Source: Deltaproteobacteria bacterium
Lineage (GTDB): Bacteria; UBA10199; JACPAL01
Length of the DNA: 64,000 bases
Assembly (NCBI GenBank): GCA_016180855.1
Contig: JACPAL010000011.1
Span: 7,392-71,391 of the forward strand
Direction: 5' to 3'
A model generated the notes under the pieces. The model saw only the letters and a program-made list of their open reading frames with translations, had not been told where the DNA came from and searched no databases. Both the position numbers and the translations under genes were made by a program. Shown here piece after piece: positions 45,333 through 55,576 of the stretch; the stretch's first letter is position 1, and the number at the start of each line of letters is the position of its first letter.

Positions 45333-45357
45333 TCTCCATCCGGGACGAAACGGTTGA
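45271..45357 (+). pseudogene. possible remnant of a histidine-kinase ATPase domain (G2 box), truncated
   Basis: An alternative frame reads HGGRRLIVTGLGLALCKQVIDLHPGRNG-stop. TGLGLALCKQVIDLH(P)G closely resembles the HATPase_c G2 box GxGLGLaivkxivexHgG. The frame ends 3 codons later, and no upstream kinase domains are present. Confidence 0.3.
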
Positions 45358-45393
45358 CACCTTCGCTGCAAATCCCTAAATAGGCTCCACTCA

Positions 45394-46191
45394 ATGAGCT
45401 GGGGCCTAAAAAACAGATTAAGTCGGATTCTCAAGCCGGCAACCGGCAAGACGGTGATGCTCGCGGTTGACCATGGTTACTTCCTGGGACCGACGAGCGG
45501 TCTGGAAGACCCAAAAAAGACGATTACCCCTCTTCTGCCGTATGCCGACAGTCTCATGCTGACTCGGGGAGTCCTCAGAACCTCCGTTGATCCATCAAGC
45601 AATGTCCCGATTGTCCTTCGGGTCTCCGGCGGAACAAGCATCCTGAAAGAGCTCTCGAATGAGGTGATCACCACCACGATTGAAGAGGCGGTTCGACTCA
45701 ATGCCTCGGCCGTCACCTGTTCGATCTTCGTCGGGGGCGAGTATGAGAAGCAGAGCCTTTCCAATTTGGCCCACCTGGTGAATGAGGCGGAGCCGTACGG
45801 TATACCGGTCCTCGCCGTAACGGCTGTCGGAAAGGAGATGGTGCGGGATGCCCGTTACCTCTCCCTCGCCTGCCGCATTGCCGCAGAACTGGGATCGCAC
45901 TTCGTCAAGACCTACTTCTGTGATGATTTTGAGAGCATCGTCGGGAGCTGTCCTGTCCCTGTCGTGATTGCCGGCGGGAAAAAGACCCCCGAGCGGGAGG
46001 CCCTCCAACTCTCTTATAATGCAATCCGGGGAGGGGCCGTCGGGGTTGATATGGGGCGCAACATCTTTCAATCCGATTCCCCCGTCGGAATGATCCAGGC
46101 GGTTCGTACCATTGTTCATGAGAAGGCAACCGTTGATCAGGCGTTTGATATCTACCAAACTGTAAAAAGCCAATCCCAACCAGGCCACTGA
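45394..46191 (+). CDS. class I aldolase of the DhnA/LsrF/ADH-synthase family
   Basis: 265 aa. MLAVDHGYFLGP and Schiff-base Lys context HFVKTYF. Exact substrate not assignable by eye. Confidence 0.75.
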   Translation: MSWGLKNRLSRILKPATGKTVMLAVDHGYFLGPTSGLEDPKKTITPLLPYADSLMLTRGVLRTSVDPSSNVPIVLRVSGGTSILKELSNEVITTTIEEAVRLNASAVTCSIFVGGEYEKQSLSNLAHLVNEAEPYGIPVLAVTAVGKEMVRDARYLSLACRIAAELGSHFVKTYFCDDFESIVGSCPVPVVIAGGKKTPEREALQLSYNAIRGGAVGVDMGRNIFQSDSPVGMIQAVRTIVHEKATVDQAFDIYQTVKSQSQPGH

Positions 46192-46201
46192 CTCTTCCCT
46201 C

Positions 46202-47230
46202 ATGCGGGTCATCACTTACTACAACAACAAGGATGTCCGTCTCGAAGAGAGGCCCCGACCTAAGATCGGCAAGGGTGAGCTCCTTGTCAAAGTTGAGGCC
46301 GCGGGGATCTGCGGAAGTGATGTGATGGAATGGTATCGTGTTTCCAAATCACCGAGAATTCTAGGACACGAGATTGCGGGAGAGATCGTGGAGGTTGGGG
46401 CCGGTATTGAAAAATATAAAAAGGGGGATCGGATTGCCGCCTCCCACCATGTCCCCTGCTATGAGTGTCATTATTGCCGCCTGGGTCATCATACCCTCTG
46501 CGATCTTATTCATCAGACCAATTTTGATCCAGGTGGTTTTGCAGAACTGATCCGGATTCCTGCGATTAATGTCCGTCACGGTATCTACCCTCTTCCTGAC
46601 CATGTCTCTTCTGAAGAGGCAACACTCATTGAACCTCTTGCCTGTACCGTCAGGGCCCAGCAAAGGGCAGCGATCAGAAAGGAACAGACCGTCATGGTAG
46701 TCGGCAGCGGACTGGCGGGGCTTCTCCACATTATTCTGGCGAAGATTAACGGGGCCACACGGGTATTCACTTCGGATCTCAATCCGTACCGGCTCGAGGC
46801 AGCGCGACGGTTTGGGGCCGACGAGGTGTTTCATGCCGATCACAATCTTGGGCACCAGCTGAAGAGGGCCAATGAAAACCGGCTCGCGGATGTTGTTATT
46901 ATTTGTGTGGGGGCCGAGGCGGCGACACTCCAGTCCTTTGACCTTGTCGATCGGGGAGGGACCATTCTCTACTATGCGCCGGTGAGTCCCGCCCAGATTG
47001 TTCCGCTTCGGATGAATCCGGTCTTCTGGCAACAGGGGGCTACGCTCCTGAGTTCCTATGCCGCCAGTCCGGAAGACCATCACGAGGCGCTTCGACTCAT
47101 CGCCGAGGGGAGAGTTCCCGTAAAAGATCTGATCACACATCGTCTCGGTTTTTCCGAGGCGTCCCATGCCTTCTCACTGGTTTCACAAGCGAATGATTCT
47201 CTTAAAGTGATTCTTGACCCCAGTCGTTAA
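46202..47230 (+). CDS. zinc-dependent medium-chain alcohol/threonine-type dehydrogenase
   Basis: GICGSD, GHEIAGEIVEVG, structural-Zn Cys cluster CYECHYCRLG, Rossmann VVGSGLAGL. Confidence 0.85.
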   Translation: MRVITYYNNKDVRLEERPRPKIGKGELLVKVEAAGICGSDVMEWYRVSKSPRILGHEIAGEIVEVGAGIEKYKKGDRIAASHHVPCYECHYCRLGHHTLCDLIHQTNFDPGGFAELIRIPAINVRHGIYPLPDHVSSEEATLIEPLACTVRAQQRAAIRKEQTVMVVGSGLAGLLHIILAKINGATRVFTSDLNPYRLEAARRFGADEVFHADHNLGHQLKRANENRLADVVIICVGAEAATLQSFDLVDRGGTILYYAPVSPAQIVPLRMNPVFWQQGATLLSSYAASPEDHHEALRLIAEGRVPVKDLITHRLGFSEASHAFSLVSQANDSLKVILDPSR

Positions 47231-49019
47231 CAACACAATTCGCAACATTGCGATCATCGCGCATGTCGATCATGGCAAGACGACGCTCGTTGACTTCATG
47301 CTCCGCCAAAGCGGCACCTTTCGTGCCAATCAGGCGGTTGATGAACGAGTGATGGACAGCATGGATCTGGAGCGTGAACGGGGGATCACGATCGCCTCAA
47401 AAAACTGTTCGATCCACTGGAAAGGGGTCAAGATCAACATCATTGATACCCCGGGCCACTCCGATTTTGGAGGAGAGGTGGAACGGGGACTCAAGATGGT
47501 GGATGGCGCGATCCTCCTCGTCGATGCCTCGGAGGGACCGCTTCCCCAGACCCGGTTTGTGCTGAAGAAGGCACTCGAGGCACGGCTCAAGATCATCGTT
47601 GTCATTAACAAGATTGACCGTAAGGATGCCCGTCCCCGCGAGGTCCTGGATGAGATTTACAGCCTTTTTATCGACCTGGATGCCGATGAATCACAGATTG
47701 AATTTCCGGTGCTCTACGCGATCGGCCGCGACGGTATCTCCCAGAAAACCCTGGAAGAGAAAGGGAGCGATCTTTCTCCCCTCTTCGATTCGATTCTGAG
47801 TGAGATACCGCCTCCCCTCTATCATCTCGAAGAGCCGTTTCAGATGCTCGTGACGAATCTCTCCTACTCCGATTACGTCGGGCGGCTTGCCATTGGCCGG
47901 GTTTTTAATGGCGGAACGAAAAAGAATGAGAGCCTAGTCTGCCTCCCGAAAGAAGGCGCCCCAAGACCGCTCAGGATCTCAAGCCTGCAGGTCTATGACG
48001 GCATCCGCCTTAAGGAGGTTGAAGAGGTTTTTCCAGGCGAGATCATTCTGCTCTCCGGTATTGAGGAGGTTGAGATTGGCGACACAATCGGCTCGGCCAA
48101 CTCCCCCAAACCACTGAAGAGAATCACGGTTGATGAACCGACGGTCTCGATGCAATTTATGATCAACACCTCCCCCTTTGCCGGCCGGGAGGGTAAAATC
48201 GTCCAGTCCCGAAAAATCCTCGAACGCTTGCGAAAGGAGACACTCCACAACGTGGCGCTACATGTTGAGACGGGAGAGGGGGCTGAGAGTTTTACGGTCA
48301 AGGGGCGGGGAGAATTTCAGATGGCGATCCTGATTGAAACGATGCGCCGGGAGGGGTTTGAAATTTCGGTCGGACGTCCCCAGGTTATTTTTAAGGAAAA
48401 GAACGGCGCCAAACTGGAGCCGATCGAACATCTCTTCATTGATTGTCCCGAGGAGTTTATGGGGATCCTCACGGAGAGTATCTCGCTACGTCTTGGGCGC
48501 ATGATCAATCTGGTCAATCACGGTTCCGGGAGGATCCGGATTGAATTCTCAATCCCAAGCCGCGGGCTGATCGGTTATCGGACCCAGTTTTTGACCGATA
48601 CAAAAGGGATGGGGATCATGAATTCCTACCTTATGGGGTACGAGCCGTATCGTGGTGATATGAAGGGACGCACCTGCGGGGTTCTCGTGTCGGATCGTCA
48701 GGGAATGTCAGTCGCCTATGCCCTCTTTCACCTTGAGCCGCGTGGCATTCTCTTCATTGAGCCCGGCGTCCCGGTCTATGAGGGGATGATCGTTGGCGAA
48801 CACAACCGGGAACAGGACTTGAATGTCAATCCAGCTAAAGAAAAGAAGCTGACGAATATTCGTGCTGCCGGCCGTGATGAAAACGTGATCTTGAGCCCCA
48901 TACTCCCGATGACCCTCGAGCGGGCGATTGAGTTCATCCGGGACGATGAACAGATTGAAGTGACGCCGAAAAGTATCCGGCTTCGAAAAAATATCTTACC
49001 TCAAAATATGCGCAAGTGA
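47214..49019 (+). CDS. typA: translational GTPase TypA/BipA
   Basis: [38 protein letters not shown]. 601 aa. TTG start overlapping the dehydrogenase stop. Confidence 0.95.
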   Translation: MTPVVNNTIRNIAIIAHVDHGKTTLVDFMLRQSGTFRANQAVDERVMDSMDLERERGITIASKNCSIHWKGVKINIIDTPGHSDFGGEVERGLKMVDGAILLVDASEGPLPQTRFVLKKALEARLKIIVVINKIDRKDARPREVLDEIYSLFIDLDADESQIEFPVLYAIGRDGISQKTLEEKGSDLSPLFDSILSEIPPPLYHLEEPFQMLVTNLSYSDYVGRLAIGRVFNGGTKKNESLVCLPKEGAPRPLRISSLQVYDGIRLKEVEEVFPGEIILLSGIEEVEIGDTIGSANSPKPLKRITVDEPTVSMQFMINTSPFAGREGKIVQSRKILERLRKETLHNVALHVETGEGAESFTVKGRGEFQMAILIETMRREGFEISVGRPQVIFKEKNGAKLEPIEHLFIDCPEEFMGILTESISLRLGRMINLVNHGSGRIRIEFSIPSRGLIGYRTQFLTDTKGMGIMNSYLMGYEPYRGDMKGRTCGVLVSDRQGMSVAYALFHLEPRGILFIEPGVPVYEGMIVGEHNREQDLNVNPAKEKKLTNIRAAGRDENVILSPILPMTLERAIEFIRDDEQIEVTPKSIRLRKNILPQNMRK

Positions 49020-50630
49020 GGCGACAGAAATCGCCTCCTCATACCCCGCATCGGCATGACGAAGGACTCCCATCGCAGGGTCGGATGTTAAAACACGCCG
49101 AAGACGCCCTTCGGCCTCTTTCGTTCCATCCGCAACAATGACCATTCCGGAATGAAGGGAATTGCCAATCCCGACCCCTCCCCCATCATGAACTGAAATC
49201 CAGGAGGCCCCATTGACCGCGTTGATCAAGGCATTGAGGATCGGCCAGTCGGCGATCGCATCACTCCCGTCCTTCATCCCCTCGGTCTCCCGGTAAGGGG
49301 AAGCGACCGAGCCGCAATCAAGGTGATCCCTTCCGATGACGATCGGGGCCTTTACCTCTCCACGACGAACAAGGTCATTAAAAAGCACTCCCGCCTTCTC
49401 CCTCTCGCCATAGCCAAGCCAGCAGATCCTTGCGGGGAGGCCTTGAAAGGTGATTCTCTCGCGCGCCATTCGGAGCCATCGCTTGAGCGGGTCGTTATTT
49501 GGAAAAAGTTCGATCAGTTTCCGATCGGTTGTGTAGATATCCTCCGGATCGCCGGAGAGGGCAACCCAGCGAAACGGCCCCTTCCCTTCACAGAAGAGCG
49601 GACGAATAAATTCGACGACAAATCCTGGAAATGCAAACGCCTCTTGAGCGCCAGCCTTCTCCGCCTGTCTTCGGATGTTATTGCCATAATCAAAGACGAT
49701 GGCCCCTCTTTTTTTGAATCCAACCATCGCCTCGACATGAACCGCGATCGACTCATACGCCCTTCTCATATAATCTTCTGGATTCGACTTGCGAAGAGAG
49801 AGTGCCTTCTCAAGGGGAAGATCTTTTGGAACGTAGCCATTCAATTCATCATGGGCCGATGTCTGGTCGGTCACAATATCCGGGATACTCTTTCGTCGCA
49901 AAAGCTCCGGATAAATGGTGGCGGCGTTTCCCAGAAGGCCGATGCTTCGCGGTTGTCTCTTTTTGCGGTATTCTGAAATCCTCTCGAGGGCCCGGTCAAG
50001 ATCATCCGTCGTCTCATCGAGATATCTTGTCTTGAGACGGCGTTCGATTCGTTTCGGATCGATTTCAACACCAAGGAAAACGGCTCCATTCATCGTTGCA
50101 GCGAGTGGCTGCGCCCCACCCATGCCACCAAGCCCGGCGGAGAGGATCCAGCGGCCGGAGAGATCCCCCTTGAAATATTTGCGGCCCGCCTCGGCAAACG
50201 TTTCGTAGGTCCCCTGAAGAATTCCCTGCGTGCCGATGTAGATCCAGGAGCCAGCCGTCATCTGACCGTACATGATCAATCCTTTTTTCTCCAGTTCACG
50301 AAAGACCTCCCAGTTGTCCCAGTGGCCGACAAGATTGGAATTCGCCAACAGAACGCGAGGGGCCTCGGGACGTGATTTCAGGACCCCAACCGGTTTGCCG
50401 GACTGGATCAGAAGCGTCTCGTCATTCTCGAGGTTTTTGAGACAGTGAACGATCTTTTCATAACATTCCCAGTTTCGGGCCGCCTTGCCTGATCCACCAT
50501 AGACAATAAGTTGCTCCGGATCCTCCGCAACATCAGGAGAAAGATTGTTCATGAGCATCCGGAGGGCCGCCTCCTGAATCCAGCCTTTACAGGTGAGTTG
50601 GGTGCCTGTTGGTGCATTAATTGGACTCAT
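48996..50630 (-). CDS. hutU: urocanate hydratase
   Basis: 544 aa. N-terminus [25 protein letters not shown] and overall length typical of HutU. Neighbouring hutG/hutI/hutH. Confidence 0.95.
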   Translation of the reverse strand: MSPINAPTGTQLTCKGWIQEAALRMLMNNLSPDVAEDPEQLIVYGGSGKAARNWECYEKIVHCLKNLENDETLLIQSGKPVGVLKSRPEAPRVLLANSNLVGHWDNWEVFRELEKKGLIMYGQMTAGSWIYIGTQGILQGTYETFAEAGRKYFKGDLSGRWILSAGLGGMGGAQPLAATMNGAVFLGVEIDPKRIERRLKTRYLDETTDDLDRALERISEYRKKRQPRSIGLLGNAATIYPELLRRKSIPDIVTDQTSAHDELNGYVPKDLPLEKALSLRKSNPEDYMRRAYESIAVHVEAMVGFKKRGAIVFDYGNNIRRQAEKAGAQEAFAFPGFVVEFIRPLFCEGKGPFRWVALSGDPEDIYTTDRKLIELFPNNDPLKRWLRMARERITFQGLPARICWLGYGEREKAGVLFNDLVRRGEVKAPIVIGRDHLDCGSVASPYRETEGMKDGSDAIADWPILNALINAVNGASWISVHDGGGVGIGNSLHSGMVIVADGTKEAEGRLRRVLTSDPAMGVLRHADAGYEEAISVASLAHILR

Positions 50631-50729
50631 CGATACCTCCCTCTAAGCACTTCGACTCGTAATTACCATGACGTATCTGAAAAGCCAAAAAATTAGTGAA
50701 ATTACTCGCTCAGCACTAGTCCTGAGTGA

Positions 50730-50766
50730 ATGAAGCTCCCCGCGGTCTTGCCGCGGGGAGCTTCAT
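50730..50766. repeat. perfect 16-bp inverted repeat (hairpin) between hutG and hutU
   Basis: ATGAAGCTCCCCGCGG(50730-45)-TCTTG-CCGCGGGGAGCTTCAT(50751-66). No adjacent T-run on either strand. Confidence 0.7.
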
Positions 50767-50777
50767 GAATCGAAGGA

Positions 50778-51785
50778 CTAAGTTTTGGGCAGGAGTTTAA
50801 GTCGGTGAACAAGAAACCGGTAGAGAAGCTGTGCCACAATCTTGGCGCATCCCCCATGAAAGTCATAAGGGGGTGAATATTCCACAAGATCAAGGCTCAT
50901 AAGCGCGGAATGGCTGGCAATAACCTCAAGTAACCCGAGCATCTCACGAACCTTGAAGCCGGAGGTCGGAGCGGCACTCGTCGCCGGAAATTCCGCCCCG
51001 CGCATCGAGTCGAGACAGATCGTTGTATAAAAAGGTCTTCGTTTCTCTGCGAGGAGCTGTTTCAAATCCTGAAGCATCTCACCCTTTTTCAGATCCTCAA
51101 GCCAGTGGATCTGTACCCCTTTCCCTCGAGCGTATTTCAGATCATTTTCGGCATTGCAGGAACCCTGAAGACCGAAAACGGTCAAATGTTCGCCCTTCAA
51201 CGGATAATCGATCTGCTCCATCATCTGCCTGAACGGCGAGCCGCTATGCCCCTCTCCTTTTTCCAGCGGACGAACATCCAGATGGGCATCAATATTTAAA
51301 ACGTGCAGTGAAAGGACCGCCTGTTTCTCCCTCTCCATGAAACCTTTGTAACCGAGGAAATGTCCATACGCCGTCTCGTGCCCTCCCCCCAGAACAATTG
51401 GAAAAAGATTGGCGAAAAGACAGGCCTGCACCACCTCTCCCAATGCCTGCTGGCCTTCCTCAACGGTTGCCATTTTCTTGATGTTTCCAAGATCGATGAG
51501 GCGGGCCTCACGAAGATCAATCGCATGATAGAGATCTTTGGCCGTCAGGCGATAAAAGGCACGCCGGATTTCGTTCGGACCCAGCGAGGCCCCTGGATGA
51601 CCGTGATTCTTCTTGATACCGCGGTCTTCCGGAAATCCGATCAGGGCATACCTGAAATCCTTGAGCTGATGTACGGCCGGATCAAACGGAAGGACAATGT
51701 CTCCCAAGCGGGGATCACTCTCCGGATTTCTCGAGTAGAATAGATCAGCGGAGGCCGGCTGGATTTTCGAAGACCAGTTTTCCAT
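50778..51785 (-). CDS. hutG: formimidoylglutamase (arginase-fold)
   Basis: LNIDAHLDVR, TICLDSMRG and SLDLVEYSP metal-ligand motifs. The ORF opens at 51950, but GGAGGG sits 9 nt before the ATG at 51785 (MENWSSK..). Confidence 0.8.
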   Translation of the reverse strand: MENWSSKIQPASADLFYSRNPESDPRLGDIVLPFDPAVHQLKDFRYALIGFPEDRGIKKNHGHPGASLGPNEIRRAFYRLTAKDLYHAIDLREARLIDLGNIKKMATVEEGQQALGEVVQACLFANLFPIVLGGGHETAYGHFLGYKGFMEREKQAVLSLHVLNIDAHLDVRPLEKGEGHSGSPFRQMMEQIDYPLKGEHLTVFGLQGSCNAENDLKYARGKGVQIHWLEDLKKGEMLQDLKQLLAEKRRPFYTTICLDSMRGAEFPATSAAPTSGFKVREMLGLLEVIASHSALMSLDLVEYSPPYDFHGGCAKIVAQLLYRFLVHRLKLLPKT

Positions 51786-53013
51786 GTTTATAAACCCTCC
51801 AACAGGGATTTTGTCCCAGACGATAGGCGATCTCTCTATACTCCTGCATCGGAACGGTGACAACGAGATCCGCATCTTTCCCCACGGTGATCGATCCGAC
51901 CCGATCCTCGATTCCAAGGGCCGCCGCCCCATGAAGGGTCGACGCCACAAGCGACTCCGAGGGGTGCATCCCCATCTGGGTTATTGCGATATTCTGGATC
52001 AGCGGCATTGACGTTGCCGTACACGAACCGGGATTGGAATCGGTTGCCAAGGCAACGGTTATTCCCTCATCGATCAAACGCCTCACTGAGGCATAAGGCA
52101 TCCTCAGAAAAAAGGAGGTGCCGGGAAGCAGGGTGCAGACAACCTGACTTCTTTTCAGGGCATCCATTTGGGGATTCTCCAGAAACAGGAGATGATCGGC
52201 CGAGACCGCCCCGACCTCACAGGCAATCTCCGCACCACCGGTATTCCCCAATTCATTCGCATGAATCTTGATTGTAAGCCCCTTCTCCCTTGCAGCAAGC
52301 GCGATCGTCCGTGTCTCTTCCGGAGAGAAGTAGCCACGGTCACAAAAAATATCACAAAATTCAGCAAGCCGTTCCTTGGCAACCTGGGGGATCATCTTTT
52401 GAGTCACCTCATCAATATAGGCCTTACGCGAAATTCCTCTGGGGATATCGTGGGCGCCTAGAAATGTCGCATGGATCTCCAAGGGGCTCCTCTCCTTCAG
52501 CCTTCGAATCGCCCGGAGCATCTTCAATTCGGAATCCAGAGAGAGACCATACCCACTCTTGATCTCAACGGTTGTCGTCCCGTGAGAAAGCATCTCTTGA
52601 AGTCTTGGAAATGTTTCCCAAACTAACTGATCTTCCGAACAGTTTTTAGTTTGCCCTACACTCTTCTTGATTCCCCCACCCGCCTGGGCAATCTCCTCGT
52701 AGCTCTTGCCCTGACTCCTCATCTCAAACTCATCAGCACGATTTCCGACGTAGAGGAGATGGGTATGACTATCCACAAAACCAGGGAGAACGAGGCGATC
52801 CTTACAATTAACAGATTCTGGAAACTGGCTTAAGCGCGGTGCCTGACTCATCATACCCAAGGCAGCAATCCTCCCCTCCTTGACAACAAGGTAGGCATTT
52901 TGAATCTCTTCCAAATCCTTCATCTCATCTTTTAACTTTCGGGTTTTAGAAGAGGCGATCCGCAACAGAGAGGTAATATTATAAAAGAGAATCTCTTTAC
53001 CCTCTGATGTCAT
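51745..53013 (-). CDS. hutI: imidazolonepropionase
   Basis: PGFVDSHTHL, KIHANELG, SADHL, ATDSNPGS. The ATG at 53013 avoids overlapping the divergent hutH. The ORF track extends to 53106. Confidence 0.9.
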   Translation of the reverse strand: MTSEGKEILFYNITSLLRIASSKTRKLKDEMKDLEEIQNAYLVVKEGRIAALGMMSQAPRLSQFPESVNCKDRLVLPGFVDSHTHLLYVGNRADEFEMRSQGKSYEEIAQAGGGIKKSVGQTKNCSEDQLVWETFPRLQEMLSHGTTTVEIKSGYGLSLDSELKMLRAIRRLKERSPLEIHATFLGAHDIPRGISRKAYIDEVTQKMIPQVAKERLAEFCDIFCDRGYFSPEETRTIALAAREKGLTIKIHANELGNTGGAEIACEVGAVSADHLLFLENPQMDALKRSQVVCTLLPGTSFFLRMPYASVRRLIDEGITVALATDSNPGSCTATSMPLIQNIAITQMGMHPSESLVASTLHGAAALGIEDRVGSITVGKDADLVVTVPMQEYREIAYRLGQNPCWRVYKHGKLVFENPAGLR

Positions 53014-53081
53014 AGAGGCCTGTGATCCTAACCAAATCAATAAACATTGTCTATTTTCTTCCCTTATTTTAGTAGAGGCCG

Positions 53082-54581
53082 ATGCCGCTTCTGGAGCTTG
53101 GTTCATTGAATCTGGGTCTTCTTGAACTGCTTGAGGGACACCACAACCGTTATCCCCTTTCTATTGAGCCGGAGGCCAAAAAGCGGGTCCTGAAATCCCG
53201 TGAGATTGTCGAACAAATTGCCAAACCGACCTATGGAATCAACACGGGGTTAGGATCACTTAAGGACCGTACGATCCCATCCGATCAGCTCACAGAGCTT
53301 TCACACAACACCCTCAGGAGTCATGCCTGCGGATTTGGAAAACCGCTTGCCGAAGAAATTTCAAGGTGGATGCTCCTTCTTCGGATCCATACACTCGCAC
53401 TCGGTTACTCCGGCGTGAGACTTGCCCTGATCGAAAAACTGATCGAACTCTATGAGAAAAATATCTTTGGGGTTGTTTATGAGCATGGCTCGGTTGGATC
53501 CAGCGGTGATCTGGTCCCTCTTGCGCACATTGCCCTCCCCCTTCTTGGTGAAGGGGAGGTTTGGAATGACGGGTCGATCCGCCCTGCGGCGGGGGTGCTT
53601 CAAGAGAAACAAGTTCGCCGATTCGAACTGAAGGCCAAAGAGGGTTTGAGCCTCATCAATGGAACCCAGATGATGCTCGCCCATGGCCTCCTGCTCTGGG
53701 AGAGAGGCGAAAAACTCTGGAGATCAGCCAACACGATTGCCGCCCTTTCTCTCGAGGCGCTCCGAGGTTCCCAAAAGGCGTTTCATCCTTTTCTCCATGA
53801 ACGACGTCCCATCCCGGAGCTCCAGGAGACGGCACGCTTTCTCTGGAATCTTCTCGAAGGGAGTGAAATTCTCAAGAGCCATGAAAATTGTGAAAGGGTG
53901 CAGGATGCCTACTCGCTCCGCTGCATTCCACAGGTGCATGGAACCTATTTAATGGCCCTTAACAATTTAAAAAGAGTGCTTGAGTGCGAAATCCGCTCTT
54001 CAACAGACAATCCGCTTGTCTCCGTTGATTCCGGTGAAATCTTGAGTGGTGGAAATTTTCATGGGGAACCGATCGGTTGGGCAATTGATTCCTTCTCAAT
54101 CACCATGACAAAACTCTCTTCCATTTCTGAAAGACGAATCAACCGAATGGTTGACCCTACCCTCTCCGGTCTTTCTCCATTTCTCATTGAAAAAAGCGGT
54201 CTCCAAAGCGGGATGATGATTTCTCAATATACCGCGGCCAGTATCGTTTCGGAAAACAAGGTTTTGGCCCATCCAGCTACCGCTGATTCAATTCCAACCG
54301 CCGCAGGGCAGGAGGATATCAATTCGATGGGGTCGATCGCCGCAAAAAAGGGGATGAGGATTCTTGAAAATACCGAACAGGTTTTAGCGATTGAACTGGT
54401 TGTAGCGCTTCAAGCACTCGACCTTTCCTTGAAGGATCAACAAAGCCTGAAGAGTTCTCCCCCTCTTTCACGGATTAGAAAGATTTGTCGAAAAGAGATC
54501 CCGGTCCTTTCAGAAGACCGCTACCTTCGCCCCGATCTGGAGAGAGCCCTTACCCTGCTCCGCAGTGGAAAAATAGCCTAA
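53082..54581 (+). CDS. hutH: histidine ammonia-lyase
   Basis: 499 aa. The MIO-region motif GSVGSSGDLVPLAH has Ser-Ser-Gly where Ala-Ser-Gly is usual. Confidence 0.93.
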   Translation: MPLLELGSLNLGLLELLEGHHNRYPLSIEPEAKKRVLKSREIVEQIAKPTYGINTGLGSLKDRTIPSDQLTELSHNTLRSHACGFGKPLAEEISRWMLLLRIHTLALGYSGVRLALIEKLIELYEKNIFGVVYEHGSVGSSGDLVPLAHIALPLLGEGEVWNDGSIRPAAGVLQEKQVRRFELKAKEGLSLINGTQMMLAHGLLLWERGEKLWRSANTIAALSLEALRGSQKAFHPFLHERRPIPELQETARFLWNLLEGSEILKSHENCERVQDAYSLRCIPQVHGTYLMALNNLKRVLECEIRSSTDNPLVSVDSGEILSGGNFHGEPIGWAIDSFSITMTKLSSISERRINRMVDPTLSGLSPFLIEKSGLQSGMMISQYTAASIVSENKVLAHPATADSIPTAAGQEDINSMGSIAAKKGMRILENTEQVLAIELVVALQALDLSLKDQQSLKSSPPLSRIRKICRKEIPVLSEDRYLRPDLERALTLLRSGKIA

Positions 54582-54643
54582 CAGACTGCCAAGCAACCTA
54601 ACTGTTTTTCTGTCGATAATCCCGTCAAAGGGAGTGAATTTTT

Positions 54644-54847
54644 ATGTACCCGATCATTCATCTTGGTCCGCTACCTTGGATAGCGCTCTTGTTGGATCCA
54701 ATGGCATTGAGGAGGGATGCGACAAGGGTCGTCTGCCGTGCTGCCTCTGAAACCGCTTCCAAAGTAGCTACGTTGCTTCATCAACCCAGATTGAGCGGGG
54801 GTCTCCATGATCGTTTTAAGGCGCTATTAAGAGGTCAGGGCGCTTGA
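54644..54847 (+). CDS. small hypothetical ORF (doubtful)
   Basis: 67 codons. AAGGGAG sits ~10 nt upstream. No recognisable features. Confidence 0.25.
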   Translation: MYPIIHLGPLPWIALLLDPMALRRDATRVVCRAASETASKVATLLHQPRLSGGLHDRFKALLRGQGA

Positions 54848-54910
54848 GGCGCTGGGACTCCAGTTCACATTTCGGAAATTGTTTTCTTATCTAAAGGGAG
54901 GCGGTCAAAG

Positions 54911-55576
54911 ATGCTATTTAAAAAAACAAATGATTTCAGGTTCTTGAAGTTTAGTCGCTTGGGCACCTCTATTGCAAGATATCTCTATATTATGAGGCTT
55001 ACCTCAAAACAGCTCTGTTTGGGGGCATTACTGGTCATTTTAATTACGGCTGGGTTGTACACAATAATACTTACAAAAGGTGGGGACCACTCCAAGATCC
55101 AGACTGCAGCGAAGGTTTATTCGATACTGGACAAGGAATGGAGAGAAGATAAGGCCCTATTGCCGGTCATTTCAGACGCCATTCTAAGACTATCGGATGA
55201 ACGAAATCTTGATCCCCTTCTTATCCTTGCAATCATTAAGGTTGAAAGCAGCTTTCGGACAGAAGTCCGTTCTCATCGAGGGGCCATCGGTTTAATGCAG
55301 GTGAAACCGATCGCATTGAAAGATCTGTTAAAGGACAAAGAGACACAAATTAAACTCTACGGTGAAGAGCTTCACGAGCCGATCCTGAATTTACAGGTGG
55401 GGATTGGCTATCTTTCCAAACTGCTTAAAAAATCCAACGGCGACCTCTGGAAGGCGTTGATGGCTTATAATATCGGTCCAACGGCCGTGAGCCGCCATTA
55501 TAAAAACAGGCCCGTACCGGCCAGCGGTTATCCCTGGAAGGTCATGAGGACCTACCACGGGTATTGCAACTTATAG
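54911..55576 (+). CDS. lytic transglycosylase (SLT domain) with N-terminal membrane anchor
   Basis: LILAIIKVESSFR (catalytic Glu), GLMQVKP, AYNIGP. AAGGGAGG SD 10 nt upstream. Confidence 0.8.
   Translation: MLFKKTNDFRFLKFSRLGTSIARYLYIMRLTSKQLCLGALLVILITAGLYTIILTKGGDHSKIQTAAKVYSILDKEWREDKALLPVISDAILRLSDERNLDPLLILAIIKVESSFRTEVRSHRGAIGLMQVKPIALKDLLKDKETQIKLYGEELHEPILNLQVGIGYLSKLLKKSNGDLWKALMAYNIGPTAVSRHYKNRPVPASGYPWKVMRTYHGYCNL

Noticed and set aside
45595-47167. Long minus-strand ORFs (206 and 268 codons) opposite the aldolase and dehydrogenase genes
   Set aside because: Both plus-strand genes carry clear catalytic motifs. The antisense translations are featureless.
49323-49976. 217-codon plus-strand ORF inside hutU
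   Set aside because: Shadow ORF of a strongly conserved gene.
50702-50893. 63-codon minus-strand ORF spanning the hutG-hutU hairpin
   Set aside because: Created by the palindrome. It overlaps the hutG 3' end and has no SD.
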